Source: Synechococcus sp. (GTDB lineage Bacteria > Cyanobacteriota > Cyanobacteriia > Thermostichales > PCC-7336). Taken from it: a stretch of DNA of 20,721 nt. Both the position numbers and the translations under genes were made by a program. The stretch spans positions 1-20,721 of the forward strand of contig JBFRWN010000074.1 in NCBI GenBank assembly GCA_051439605.1. The letters run 5' to 3'. Positions 8,032-16,106 of the stretch are shown here, one piece after another. The notes under the pieces were generated by a model. That model was not told where the DNA came from and made no database searches. It worked only from the letters and a program-made list of their open reading frames with translations. Numbering within the stretch: position 1 is the first letter of the stretch; every line of letters starts with the position of its first letter.

Positions 8032-8622
8032 ATGGCAAATGAAATTCAAACTGTTCAAGGGCGTGGATTGCCCTTGCTAGGTAACGATATTGATACCGAT
8101 CGCATCATTCCAGCTCGGTTTCTGCGCTGTGTGACCTTCGATGGGTTGGGTGAGCAGGTTTTCTTGGACGATCGCAAAGCTGCCGAAGGTTTGCACCCAT
8201 TTGATTTGCCCCAGTTTCAAGGGGCGAAGGTATTGGTGGTGAATGCCAATTTTGGCTGTGGTTCTAGCCGAGAGCACGCTCCTCAAGCCATTGCCCGTTG
8301 GGGAATTGAAGCAATTGTTGGAGAGAGTTTTGCCGAGATTTTCTTTGGGAATTGTTTGGCAATGGGGGTACCGTGTTTGATTACCTCACCTGAGGATGTC
8401 GCAACTTTACAGGATGCAATTGGGGCGGAGCCTACTCTCGATATTTTTGTTGATGTCACGAACTTGAGAGTGACGTTCGGAGATCGCTCGATTGCAGTGG
8501 AAATGAAAGAGGGTCCCCGACAAATGCTGGTTGAAGGCACCTGGGATATGTGCGGACAACTGGTGTCGAACACAGAAGATACTCGTGCAACAGCTGCCCA
8601 ACTTCCCTACATGTCTTGGTAA
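8032..8622 (+). CDS. leuD: 3-isopropylmalate dehydratase small subunit
   Basis: DIDTDRIIPARFL, NFGCGSSREHAP, SFAEIFFGN; starts 2 nt after the leuC stop. Confidence 0.97.
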   Translation: MANEIQTVQGRGLPLLGNDIDTDRIIPARFLRCVTFDGLGEQVFLDDRKAAEGLHPFDLPQFQGAKVLVVNANFGCGSSREHAPQAIARWGIEAIVGESFAEIFFGNCLAMGVPCLITSPEDVATLQDAIGAEPTLDIFVDVTNLRVTFGDRSIAVEMKEGPRQMLVEGTWDMCGQLVSNTEDTRATAAQLPYMSW

Positions 8623-8726
8623 GAGGGTCTAACTTATCAGACTCCCATTTTGCTTTAAACCAACATTTTCAGGATGATTGTACTGGGGAGATAACAACGG
8701 TAGTTATTGTGCAATTAGGGCAGAAG

Positions 8727-9170
8727 ATGGGCAATTGGAGGCGGACCCTGTGGGCGATCGCAATGACGTTACTGTTGTGGAGCATAGGAGTGGTTGGCGG
8801 CTTTGATATGGCAGCGGTATATTCTGCAAACCAGATGCCCAGCACAGCAGTTGTAGAGTGGCTGGAGTTTAACGTCCCAGTTACCGAACAAGAGGAGTTC
8901 TTGCGGCGAGATGAAAAAATCTGGACGTCGGCCTTGCGGGAACAACCAGGTTTTTTACATAAGTCCGTATGGCGATCGCCAAAACAGCCCGAATCTGTGG
9001 TGCTGGTTATCTATTGGGCCAGTCGAGAAGACTGGCACGCGTTTCCAGAGCCACTGATTGAGGAACTTGACCGGCAGATGCAGCCAACAAATGCAGTATT
9101 AGTTGATGCGAAAGAATTCTCAGTGAACCCGCCTGTGCCTTTGTTATTGCTGCCTAACCGGCAGAACTAA
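8727..9170 (+). CDS. TIGR03792-like cyanobacterial protein (ABM-like dimeric alpha-beta barrel) with N-terminal signal/TM segment
   Basis: VVEWLEFNV...EEFLRRDEKIWTSAL...PGFLHKSVW...VIYWASREDWHAFP; start uncertain. Confidence 0.7.
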   Translation: MGNWRRTLWAIAMTLLLWSIGVVGGFDMAAVYSANQMPSTAVVEWLEFNVPVTEQEEFLRRDEKIWTSALREQPGFLHKSVWRSPKQPESVVLVIYWASREDWHAFPEPLIEELDRQMQPTNAVLVDAKEFSVNPPVPLLLLPNRQN

Positions 9171-10910
9171 CCGGGATGGCCATTGATGGAAATGAAAAAT
9201 GGTTTGGGTCGCCATTTGAAAATCGCTGAATTGGGCAGTGGCTGGGCATTGTCCCGTGTTGGGATTGCGATCGATCCAGGGGAATGCGGAACTGGCGATC
9301 GCAATTTGTAGCCTTTCTCCCGCTTGAATCCTCCAGCAGGTGGGTCTGAGGTCGATAGTGAAATCCAGAATTCGATCTGGAGTTAATTCTTCGGGTTCGG
9401 ATAAAGAGTTTCTAAACCGGGCCCGCAACACACCAGCCGTCAGGAGCAAAGCCTGACCACTGTCGCTAATGCGCATAAGTTTGACAACCCAGTCCGTATC
9501 CAAGCCGGTGGTAGCAGCATACAAATGAAATCTTGGGGCTCCTAAAATTGCCAGCGGTGTTTCGAATGCTTCGCTGGTGTACAACACCAAATCGGGACGC
9601 TGGTGAACAGACTGCTGAACGTAAGGACCGTAGGGAGTGGTGGGGTTGGCAATTCTCGGATCGTAGACGTAAGTGTCGAACTCTACATCTGCGATTTCAT
9701 CAGGGCTATCCACCAACTTGCCATCGCTGTCAGGCCCATTCGCAAGTCCTTGACTGGATAACCACAAGGTTTTAGGTGTGGTGGGGACTGGCCAAGATTT
9801 GAACTGTATCCAACGGTTGCTCCCCATCTCAAAAAGCTGTACGGGAGTCTCATCCGTCAGAACAATTTCAGACTCCTGTTGAGGTGTCGTCGTTGATTTG
9901 AATGATGTAGTGGGTTGGGGTTTTCCTGTAGAGTCGCTGTCTTCGCGGAGCCAGCGGTTAAACCATTGCACCTGCAGGCGATCGATCTGGGGGCTGGCGT
10001 CGGGTCCAAAATCCATTTCTCCCACCCGTCGGGACCAGGGAATATGTTGCCAGGGTCCCACGATAAGATGTTGGGGATGTTGAGTTTGGTTGACCAGCCA
10101 CTCGTAGGCTTGCAGGGTGCCTAATAGATAGCTGTCCGCCCAACCGGCAATGTGCAGGCCAGGAAGATCGTAGGTTCCCTGCAATCGCTGTTTGGGGTTG
10201 AGTTTGATGTCGTACGGGCTGTCGGCAATTGCCTCGCGAACCCAATCGAAATAAAACTTCCCGTAGCTTTTATTGGCTAACGGTGCTAGGCGATCGAGGG
10301 GGGTGAATTCTAACCAGCGACCGATCTGCGAACGAGCTTCTCCTAATTCAGTCGCATCGGGTTCTTGGGCTTTGAACTGAGCTCGATCCTGAGCGAGCTG
10401 CAGGCTCCAAGGTAAAACGACATCGAGGGCTAAGGCTCCTCCCCAGTAGCACCATCCACGAAAGCGGTCAATCGCTGCCATACCAGGGGCGATTGCCACC
10501 AGTCCCGCAGATGTTGCGCCACCGGCTACAGCCTGGAACTGGGTTATCCCTTGATAAGAGAATCCATACATGCCCACCTTGCCGTTGCTGCCGGGGAGTT
10601 GGCGACACCAGTTGATGCTGTCAACACCATCAGAGATTTCAGCGGTTTGCAGGGGATAAAACGTCCCTTCAGAACGACCGCAGCCCCTGACATCTTGAAT
10701 AACAACGATAAATCCGTGAGTTGCGTACCAACTGGGATGGGCATATACCACTGTTGATGCCACCTCCCGTCCGTAGGGCAAGCGCATCAATAAAACTGGG
10801 AGGGGGATTTCAAAATTACGGGGCCGATAGATGTCGGCGCACAGAGAAATACCGTCTGACATGGGGACGGAAACGGCGCGCTCGATAATCACTGATGGGT
10901 GACGGGACAT
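9144..10910 (-). CDS. CocE/NonD family serine hydrolase (peptidase S15-like)
   Basis: VPMSDGISLCADIYRP, RLPYG, QDVRGCGRSEG, nucleophile motif GFSYQG, GWAD, GPWQH, C-terminal PepX_C-like beta domain. Confidence 0.92.
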   Translation of the reverse strand: MSRHPSVIIERAVSVPMSDGISLCADIYRPRNFEIPLPVLLMRLPYGREVASTVVYAHPSWYATHGFIVVIQDVRGCGRSEGTFYPLQTAEISDGVDSINWCRQLPGSNGKVGMYGFSYQGITQFQAVAGGATSAGLVAIAPGMAAIDRFRGWCYWGGALALDVVLPWSLQLAQDRAQFKAQEPDATELGEARSQIGRWLEFTPLDRLAPLANKSYGKFYFDWVREAIADSPYDIKLNPKQRLQGTYDLPGLHIAGWADSYLLGTLQAYEWLVNQTQHPQHLIVGPWQHIPWSRRVGEMDFGPDASPQIDRLQVQWFNRWLREDSDSTGKPQPTTSFKSTTTPQQESEIVLTDETPVQLFEMGSNRWIQFKSWPVPTTPKTLWLSSQGLANGPDSDGKLVDSPDEIADVEFDTYVYDPRIANPTTPYGPYVQQSVHQRPDLVLYTSEAFETPLAILGAPRFHLYAATTGLDTDWVVKLMRISDSGQALLLTAGVLRARFRNSLSEPEELTPDRILDFTIDLRPTCWRIQAGERLQIAIASSAFPWIDRNPNTGQCPATAQFSDFQMATQTIFHFHQWPSRLVLPVRQQ

Positions 10911-10928
10911 ACCGATCGGGTAACGGGA

Positions 10929-12515
10929 CTAGAGGGGGCCAATCCCCAAACGGGTTGCCAGTGGGGGAGCCACCGGAAGTAACATCAGGGCCATCAGAAA
11001 CAGAGCGACCAATGCCAGGGCATCCCGTGTTGCATCAGTTTCTGTGATTTCATCTTGTGGAGGACGTTCTGTATCGCGGGCAATCAGTAGCACCAAAAGA
11101 GCCCAGTAGAGGGCGACCTGGTTGCCCAATGCCGCTAGGGCTAAGAGGGCAATAGAAATAAACGTTGTTCGACCCACAATTTTGCGGCCGTACACCGCTT
11201 GGACAATGCGTCCACCGTCCAACTGCCCTGCAGGAATGAGGCTGAGGGCCGAGATCAGCAATCCCAGCCAACCGACCACAGCCAGAGGATGAATTCCGAC
11301 TACCTCTGCTTGTAGTTGTGTCCCCAATACCAGCCGGGAAAGTCCGCCTGCCAATACGGAGTACTGGAAAAACGAGCTGGGGATAAACAGATCGGAGGAA
11401 TGTCCGGATAGAAAGAGACCAAGAACAAACAGAATCAGCGAGGCAATCCCCCCAAATGCGGGGCCGACGATCGCAATGTCAAATAGGGCCTGGCGATTGG
11501 GCACGGGGGACTCAATGCGATTGAGGCTGCCAAGTGTCCCTAGCCCTAAAGTGGGTATGAGAAAGGCCGGACTGAGACGAACGCCATAGCGCCCAGCCAT
11601 CCATCGTTGACCAATCTCGTGTAGGAAGGGGATGCTCATCAGTCCGATAGCAAACGGAACGGTCTCCAGCCAACGTTCGGGAGCAGCTGTCAAACTAAAC
11701 CCAAATAGGTTAGCGGCTAACTCCATCACCAGGGCAACGGTGGCCACCAGCAACGTACTGGCCAGTGCTTTGAAGGAGGTGGGTGTGGGCTGATTCACCG
11801 TTTCATCCGGTAGCACCACCACCGAAGCTTTCTGTTCCCGATCGCGCACGATAAACAGCCAGTAGCGATCGCCCACCCTCTGTTTAAGACTCTTTTGCAG
11901 GTTAGGTAAGACAACAGCAGCCTCTTTGCGCAGATTGCCCTTAAAGATAGCTCCATTGCCGTACGGTACAACTTCTGTCACGTAGTACGTATCGATACCA
12001 AAGATGCTCTGAATTGACTGTAGGTCTTCTGGATTGATGCCTGACAATTCTGCTTCCTGTGAGGATTTAGCCTCAGATGCCTCGGGACCCGCTTGATTGT
12101 CTTTTCCAGAGGAGTCTGTTCTGCGATCGCCTCTGCCTGCTTCTGTCAACGGAGACTTGTGGCTGTTCTCATCATTCTGTCGATGTTCTACTGTCTGCCG
12201 ATCTCGCTCTGCAAGCTTGCGTTGAAACTCAGCAGTTGCCAGCCTCTCTTCTTCAGATACTTTCCGCGCTAGTCGACCCACGGCGATGTAAATACCGCTT
12301 GAGATGGTCAACAGCAGCACAAATCCTGTGGCGTTGAGGTAGCCATCCGTCGCAAATAAGCCTAAAAACACCAGCCAAGGAAGCATTAGCGAAACACTTT
12401 GCAGCCACCCCAGTAACCCCGCTCGACCCTGCTGGCGCGATCGCCAATATCCCCACCCCAAAATTGCCAGGATGGAAAGCGCGAATAAGGGGACAAGATC
12501 GAATGTCGAATTCAT
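10929..12515 (-). CDS. site-2 protease (M50) family membrane protein, EGY-like, with degenerate zinc motif
   Basis: FGIDTYY...FKGNLR, HEIGQ (at the HExxH position), FDIAIVGP, HPLAVVGWLGL, SLIPAGQLDGGRI. Confidence 0.88.
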   Translation of the reverse strand: MNSTFDLVPLFALSILAILGWGYWRSRQQGRAGLLGWLQSVSLMLPWLVFLGLFATDGYLNATGFVLLLTISSGIYIAVGRLARKVSEEERLATAEFQRKLAERDRQTVEHRQNDENSHKSPLTEAGRGDRRTDSSGKDNQAGPEASEAKSSQEAELSGINPEDLQSIQSIFGIDTYYVTEVVPYGNGAIFKGNLRKEAAVVLPNLQKSLKQRVGDRYWLFIVRDREQKASVVVLPDETVNQPTPTSFKALASTLLVATVALVMELAANLFGFSLTAAPERWLETVPFAIGLMSIPFLHEIGQRWMAGRYGVRLSPAFLIPTLGLGTLGSLNRIESPVPNRQALFDIAIVGPAFGGIASLILFVLGLFLSGHSSDLFIPSSFFQYSVLAGGLSRLVLGTQLQAEVVGIHPLAVVGWLGLLISALSLIPAGQLDGGRIVQAVYGRKIVGRTTFISIALLALAALGNQVALYWALLVLLIARDTERPPQDEITETDATRDALALVALFLMALMLLPVAPPLATRLGIGPL

Positions 12516-12710
12516 ACCTGCAAAGTTACACCAACAATAGTTATGGCCGTTTCAGTTCGGACAGCGGTTCTTTACCCTATCACTGGCTTGGCTGATGAAA
12601 TGTCCGAGTCGAAGACGCCAGCCGCTATGCATGCGATCGAGCCTTTAAGTCGAAAGCAGCCCCGATTTGTGGGGCTGCCGAGCTCAAGCAAATTCAGCTT
12701 GTTGAATTCG

Positions 12711-13811
12711 TTAAGCGGTTGCTGCTTGACCCGCAGCTTGGCGGTCTGCACGGTATTGCTTGTCCACCGGACTGGTGACGGGCTTCATGGCGTACAAACG
12801 GATGAATTGCCACACATTTCCAGCGTAAAGTGGAAGCTTTTGCAGAGACTTCACGAACCCAGGAGCGCTGGATGCATCTATCTGTTTCATTTGCTCGACG
12901 TTGGAAACACACCGATCCAGGCAACCTTCGAACTCTGGATGCTCGACGTTGAGGACAACGGGAAACACCTTAGATGAATCGTGGTTGGTCCACTTGATGA
13001 CTTCCAAGTCGTAGTCTTTGGGATTGAGACCCAACAGTTCGTAAAACTCAGGGCGTATCGCGACGTCGTTCAAGTACATTGTCCCGTAGACCGAGAGCAG
13101 GAAGAATCGGCACCACAGCTTTGCTAACCAGTTATTTAAGAAGCGGGGCTGACTTTTCATCACGAGAGAGAAGAAATCGCCATGGCGACTCTCGTCTTGG
13201 CACCAGTTCTCGAAGAAGTTGAAGATTGGATAAACGCGGTTATCAGGGTTCTTCTCTAGGTGACGGAAGATCTTGATGTAGCGCCAGTAGCCGATTTTCT
13301 CGGACAGGTAAGTAGCGTAGAAGATGAACCGTGGGGCAAATTTAGTGTATTGCTTGTTCTTTGTGAGAAAACTAAGGTCGAGGGCCAGGTTGAAGTCCGC
13401 CATCGCTTTATTCAAGAATCCCGCATGGCGAGCTTCATCGCGACTCATCAGCAGGAAGCACTCCGCTAGCACGGGGTTGGTGTTCTTCAGCTTGCGAGAG
13501 AGTTCTTTATATAGCAAGAAACCAGAAAATTCTGCGGTGCAGGAGCGCTCGAGAAATTCTACAAACAGCCGCTTGGCTTCTTCATCAAGTTCTTCCCAAG
13601 AGCGATTGAACTCTTCCCCCCGGACAAAGTGGTGCCGGTTGTAGTCCGTGCGGAATTCTTCCAGTAGTGCTTCGAAGTCCTCTTCATATCCGGATATGTC
13701 CAGGTCAGCCATGGCCTCGAAGTCGGTGGTGTAGAAACGCGGCGTCAAAATTGTTTCATCGGGCACGCGGGCCTTTGTATCGGCTGATTGTTGAGGGGAA
13801 GTTGCAACCAT
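12711..13811 (-). CDS. acsF: Mg-protoporphyrin IX monomethyl ester oxidative cyclase
   Basis: [62 protein letters not shown] di-iron motifs; start placed at MVATSP (13811). Confidence 0.96.
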   Translation of the reverse strand: MVATSPQQSADTKARVPDETILTPRFYTTDFEAMADLDISGYEEDFEALLEEFRTDYNRHHFVRGEEFNRSWEELDEEAKRLFVEFLERSCTAEFSGFLLYKELSRKLKNTNPVLAECFLLMSRDEARHAGFLNKAMADFNLALDLSFLTKNKQYTKFAPRFIFYATYLSEKIGYWRYIKIFRHLEKNPDNRVYPIFNFFENWCQDESRHGDFFSLVMKSQPRFLNNWLAKLWCRFFLLSVYGTMYLNDVAIRPEFYELLGLNPKDYDLEVIKWTNHDSSKVFPVVLNVEHPEFEGCLDRCVSNVEQMKQIDASSAPGFVKSLQKLPLYAGNVWQFIRLYAMKPVTSPVDKQYRADRQAAGQAATA

Positions 13812-14066
13812 ATGTTTTTTAACGAGCAAAACACAATCTAATTCGTTAGCAGAAATAGCGAAACTTGATTGAAAAGCCTCTATCATCCTGCTTTGTTGCA
13901 GTTTAACAGGGTCTTTCCTCCCCCAAGTCCTCAAGTACGTTAAGAAGTGTTTCTCCAGATAAAGGCACTGGCCAATAGTTAGTTTATGAGAAGCTGTGAG
14001 CCATACCATGCAAGCGTTATGGTGTTCAACTTGGAGATCGGCTAAGAGCCAGTATCGGTAAGCTAT

Positions 14067-14106
14067 ACGAATATTCGATGCACTAAACGAATATTCGATG
14101 CACTAA
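14067..14106. repeat. perfect 20-bp tandem duplication
   Basis: ACGAATATTCGATGCACTAA twice (14067-14086, 14087-14106); each unit contains the palindrome CGAATATTCG. Confidence 0.95.
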
Positions 14107-14242
14107 CTTCCAACCAGTGCCCTCAAGTCTATGTATAGCAAGCGCTTTAAGCTGTACGTACTTTCTTCGTCAGAGTTGGTACCATACCCCTGCTGAGATT
14201 TCCGAGGTATTGAGTCCACACCCAGAACGAGACCAAACACCA

Positions 14243-15460
14243 ATGCTGACCGAGGTTGCCATCATCATATTAGTTGCCCTCTTGGGTAACCTGGCCTTCA
14301 ACAAACTGGGTCTGCCCGGCATCTTAGGCATGATCGCCACAGGCATTCTCTTGGGCCCCAGCGGTCTGGACTTAATCGATCCAGGGATACACGGGTTCCT
14401 GCAAGAAGCAAAGACGGTTGCCCTGATCGTCATTCTGATTCGAGCTGGTTTGGGGATCAGCAAGGAAACGCTGAACCGCATTGGGGGACCGGCCATCCGG
14501 ATGAGTTTTGTGCCTGGTCTGCTAGAGGGGACAGCGGTCACGGTGGCGGCTTACTATTTGCTGGAACTCCCCTTCCCTGAAGCAGGCATGTTGGGCTTTA
14601 TCATCGCAGCGGTCTCCCCAGCCGTGGTGGTGCCATCGATGCTGCAGTTGAAAGAGGGGGGCTTTGGCAAGAAAAAGGAGGTACCGACGCTGGTGCTGGC
14701 CGGGGCCTCCGTAGACGACGTCTTTGCGATCACGATATTCGGCATTTTTGCCGGTATCGCTAGCGGGTCATCGACCGGCTGGGGCTATCTGCTCGTGGGT
14801 GTGCCGGGGGGCATTGCCCTGGGTGCCGCTCTAGGTGCCGCCATTGGCTTTGTCCTCGTTCGCTTCTTCGAGCGATATCACATGCGAGACACCAAGAAAG
14901 TCATTATCTTCGCGATCGTTGCGGTGGTGTTCTACGATCTGGCCGAAGACCCTGCCATTAAAGCAATCCTGCCGATCGCCGCACTGCTGGGGATCATGGC
15001 GATTGGCTTCGTCATCCTCGAACGTAACAACGGGTTGGCCAACCGCCTGGCAGCGAAGTTTGGCAAAATCTGGGTGCTAGCTGAGATTCTGCTGTTTGTT
15101 TACATTGGCACCGAAGTGCAACTGGGAGAACTGAATGGCGATCTAATTGGGGTCGGTCTTTTGACCTTGACTATCGGATTGGCAGCTCGCAGCTTCGGAG
15201 TGTGGCTGGCGTTGATGGGATCGGACTTGTCGAGGAAAGAACGTCTTTTTTGCGTCATCGCTTACTGGCCCAAGGCAACGGTTCAAGCCGCGATGGGAGC
15301 AGTTCCTCTGGCGATGGTGGTGGCGGGGAAGATGACTTCAATGACGGTGGAAAGCGGTCAAACAATCCTGGCGATCGCCGTGTTGAGCATAGTGGTTACA
15401 GCGCCGTTGGGGGCTGCAGGGATTAAGTCGATGGGGCCGCGTCTGTTAACCCAGGAATAG
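14243..15460 (+). CDS. cation:proton antiporter (CPA superfamily, NHA2/SLC9B-like)
   Basis: ILIRAGLG, AAVSPAVVVP, AGASVDDV (DD motif), PKATVQAAMG, TAPLGA; many hydrophobic segments; start at MLTEVAII. Confidence 0.9.
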   Translation: MLTEVAIIILVALLGNLAFNKLGLPGILGMIATGILLGPSGLDLIDPGIHGFLQEAKTVALIVILIRAGLGISKETLNRIGGPAIRMSFVPGLLEGTAVTVAAYYLLELPFPEAGMLGFIIAAVSPAVVVPSMLQLKEGGFGKKKEVPTLVLAGASVDDVFAITIFGIFAGIASGSSTGWGYLLVGVPGGIALGAALGAAIGFVLVRFFERYHMRDTKKVIIFAIVAVVFYDLAEDPAIKAILPIAALLGIMAIGFVILERNNGLANRLAAKFGKIWVLAEILLFVYIGTEVQLGELNGDLIGVGLLTLTIGLAARSFGVWLALMGSDLSRKERLFCVIAYWPKATVQAAMGAVPLAMVVAGKMTSMTVESGQTILAIAVLSIVVTAPLGAAGIKSMGPRLLTQE

Positions 15461-15524
15461 AGGGATTAAGTTAGACCCCTAGATTGTCCAACATCCAAGC
15501 CAATCAGTTTATTGTGGGAACTTA

Positions 15525-15725
15525 ATGTATAAGTTAATCCCCGAGCGTCCTTTAACCTGTGATTTCTACGGGCTGATATTGCCCGCAGGAGACCTCGAAT
15601 GGACGGCGACTGTGAATCAGTGGCTGGAAAGCGAAGCTGCTATGGAAGTCTGGGATCTCTGGTTCGAAGAGAATATTCCTTATGTTTTGGTCGACTATGA
15701 CTACTGCGTGAATTTGCGACCCTAA
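15525..15725 (+). pseudogene. C-terminal remnant of an amino-acid ABC transporter substrate-binding protein
   Basis: LIPERPLTCDFYGLILPAGDLEWTATVNQWL...WDLWF resembles the C-terminal part of cyanobacterial SBP_bac_3-type proteins; no signal peptide or N-terminal lobe upstream. Confidence 0.55.
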
Positions 15726-15994
15726 CTGAAACCGAGTTCGGCTCAAGCTAAGCCCGTGCAAAACAATTGTGGCAGTGTCCAATGGAGAAGGGTCCAGATT
15801 TGGGTTGGTGGCAGGAGTCAACAGCAAGGCACGAGCCAGTAAGTTCGAGGTAGCCGCTCGATCGGGGCAATCAAAATTATAAGTTTGTCGTGATTGGCGG
15901 CATCGAGGGCGATCGGCAGAGGGTCAGTATTTATACCGAATTTTTTAAAACATTAAATTCTGCGCTGATGAGTGCCGATTGCATAAGAATCGTC

Positions 15995-16000
15995 TACTAT
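15995..16000 (+). promoter_or_regulatory. probable -10 box of the porin gene
   Basis: TACTAT about 106 nt upstream of the ATG, just 5' of a structured leader. Confidence 0.4.
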
Positions 16001-16082
16001 GACTACTGAGTCTATTTAGGGTGCGTCAATGTGCATTTGTACGTTTGAACACCTGTGGAGGAAACTCCGTCATAAATAGGTC

Positions 16083-16092
16083 TGTGTGAGGA
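16083..16092 (+). promoter_or_regulatory. Yfr1 sRNA target-like site in the porin 5' UTR
   Basis: TGTGTGAGGA contains GTGTGAGGA, complementary to 9 nt of the conserved Yfr1 motif ACUCCUCACAC, immediately upstream of the AAGGAG RBS. Confidence 0.6.
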
Positions 16093-16106
16093 AAAGGAGT
16101 TCATAA

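Noticed and set aside
13812..14009. 66-aa N-terminal extension of AcsF in the ORF track
   Set aside because: Family similarity begins after Met67; the extension is probably promoter or UTR sequence
14013..14070. Fluoride (crcB) riboswitch upstream of the antiporter (GTTATGGTGTTCAAC)
   Set aside because: First stem is imperfect and the downstream GCTRATGAC...CTAC pseudoknot partner is absent
14067..14106. CRISPR array
   Set aside because: Only two directly adjacent units, no spacer and no cas genes
15853..15918. Imperfect long hairpin or Fur box upstream of the porin gene
   Set aside because: Only short arms (CTCGAT/ATCGAG, CAATCA/TGATTG) and a poor match to a Fur consensus
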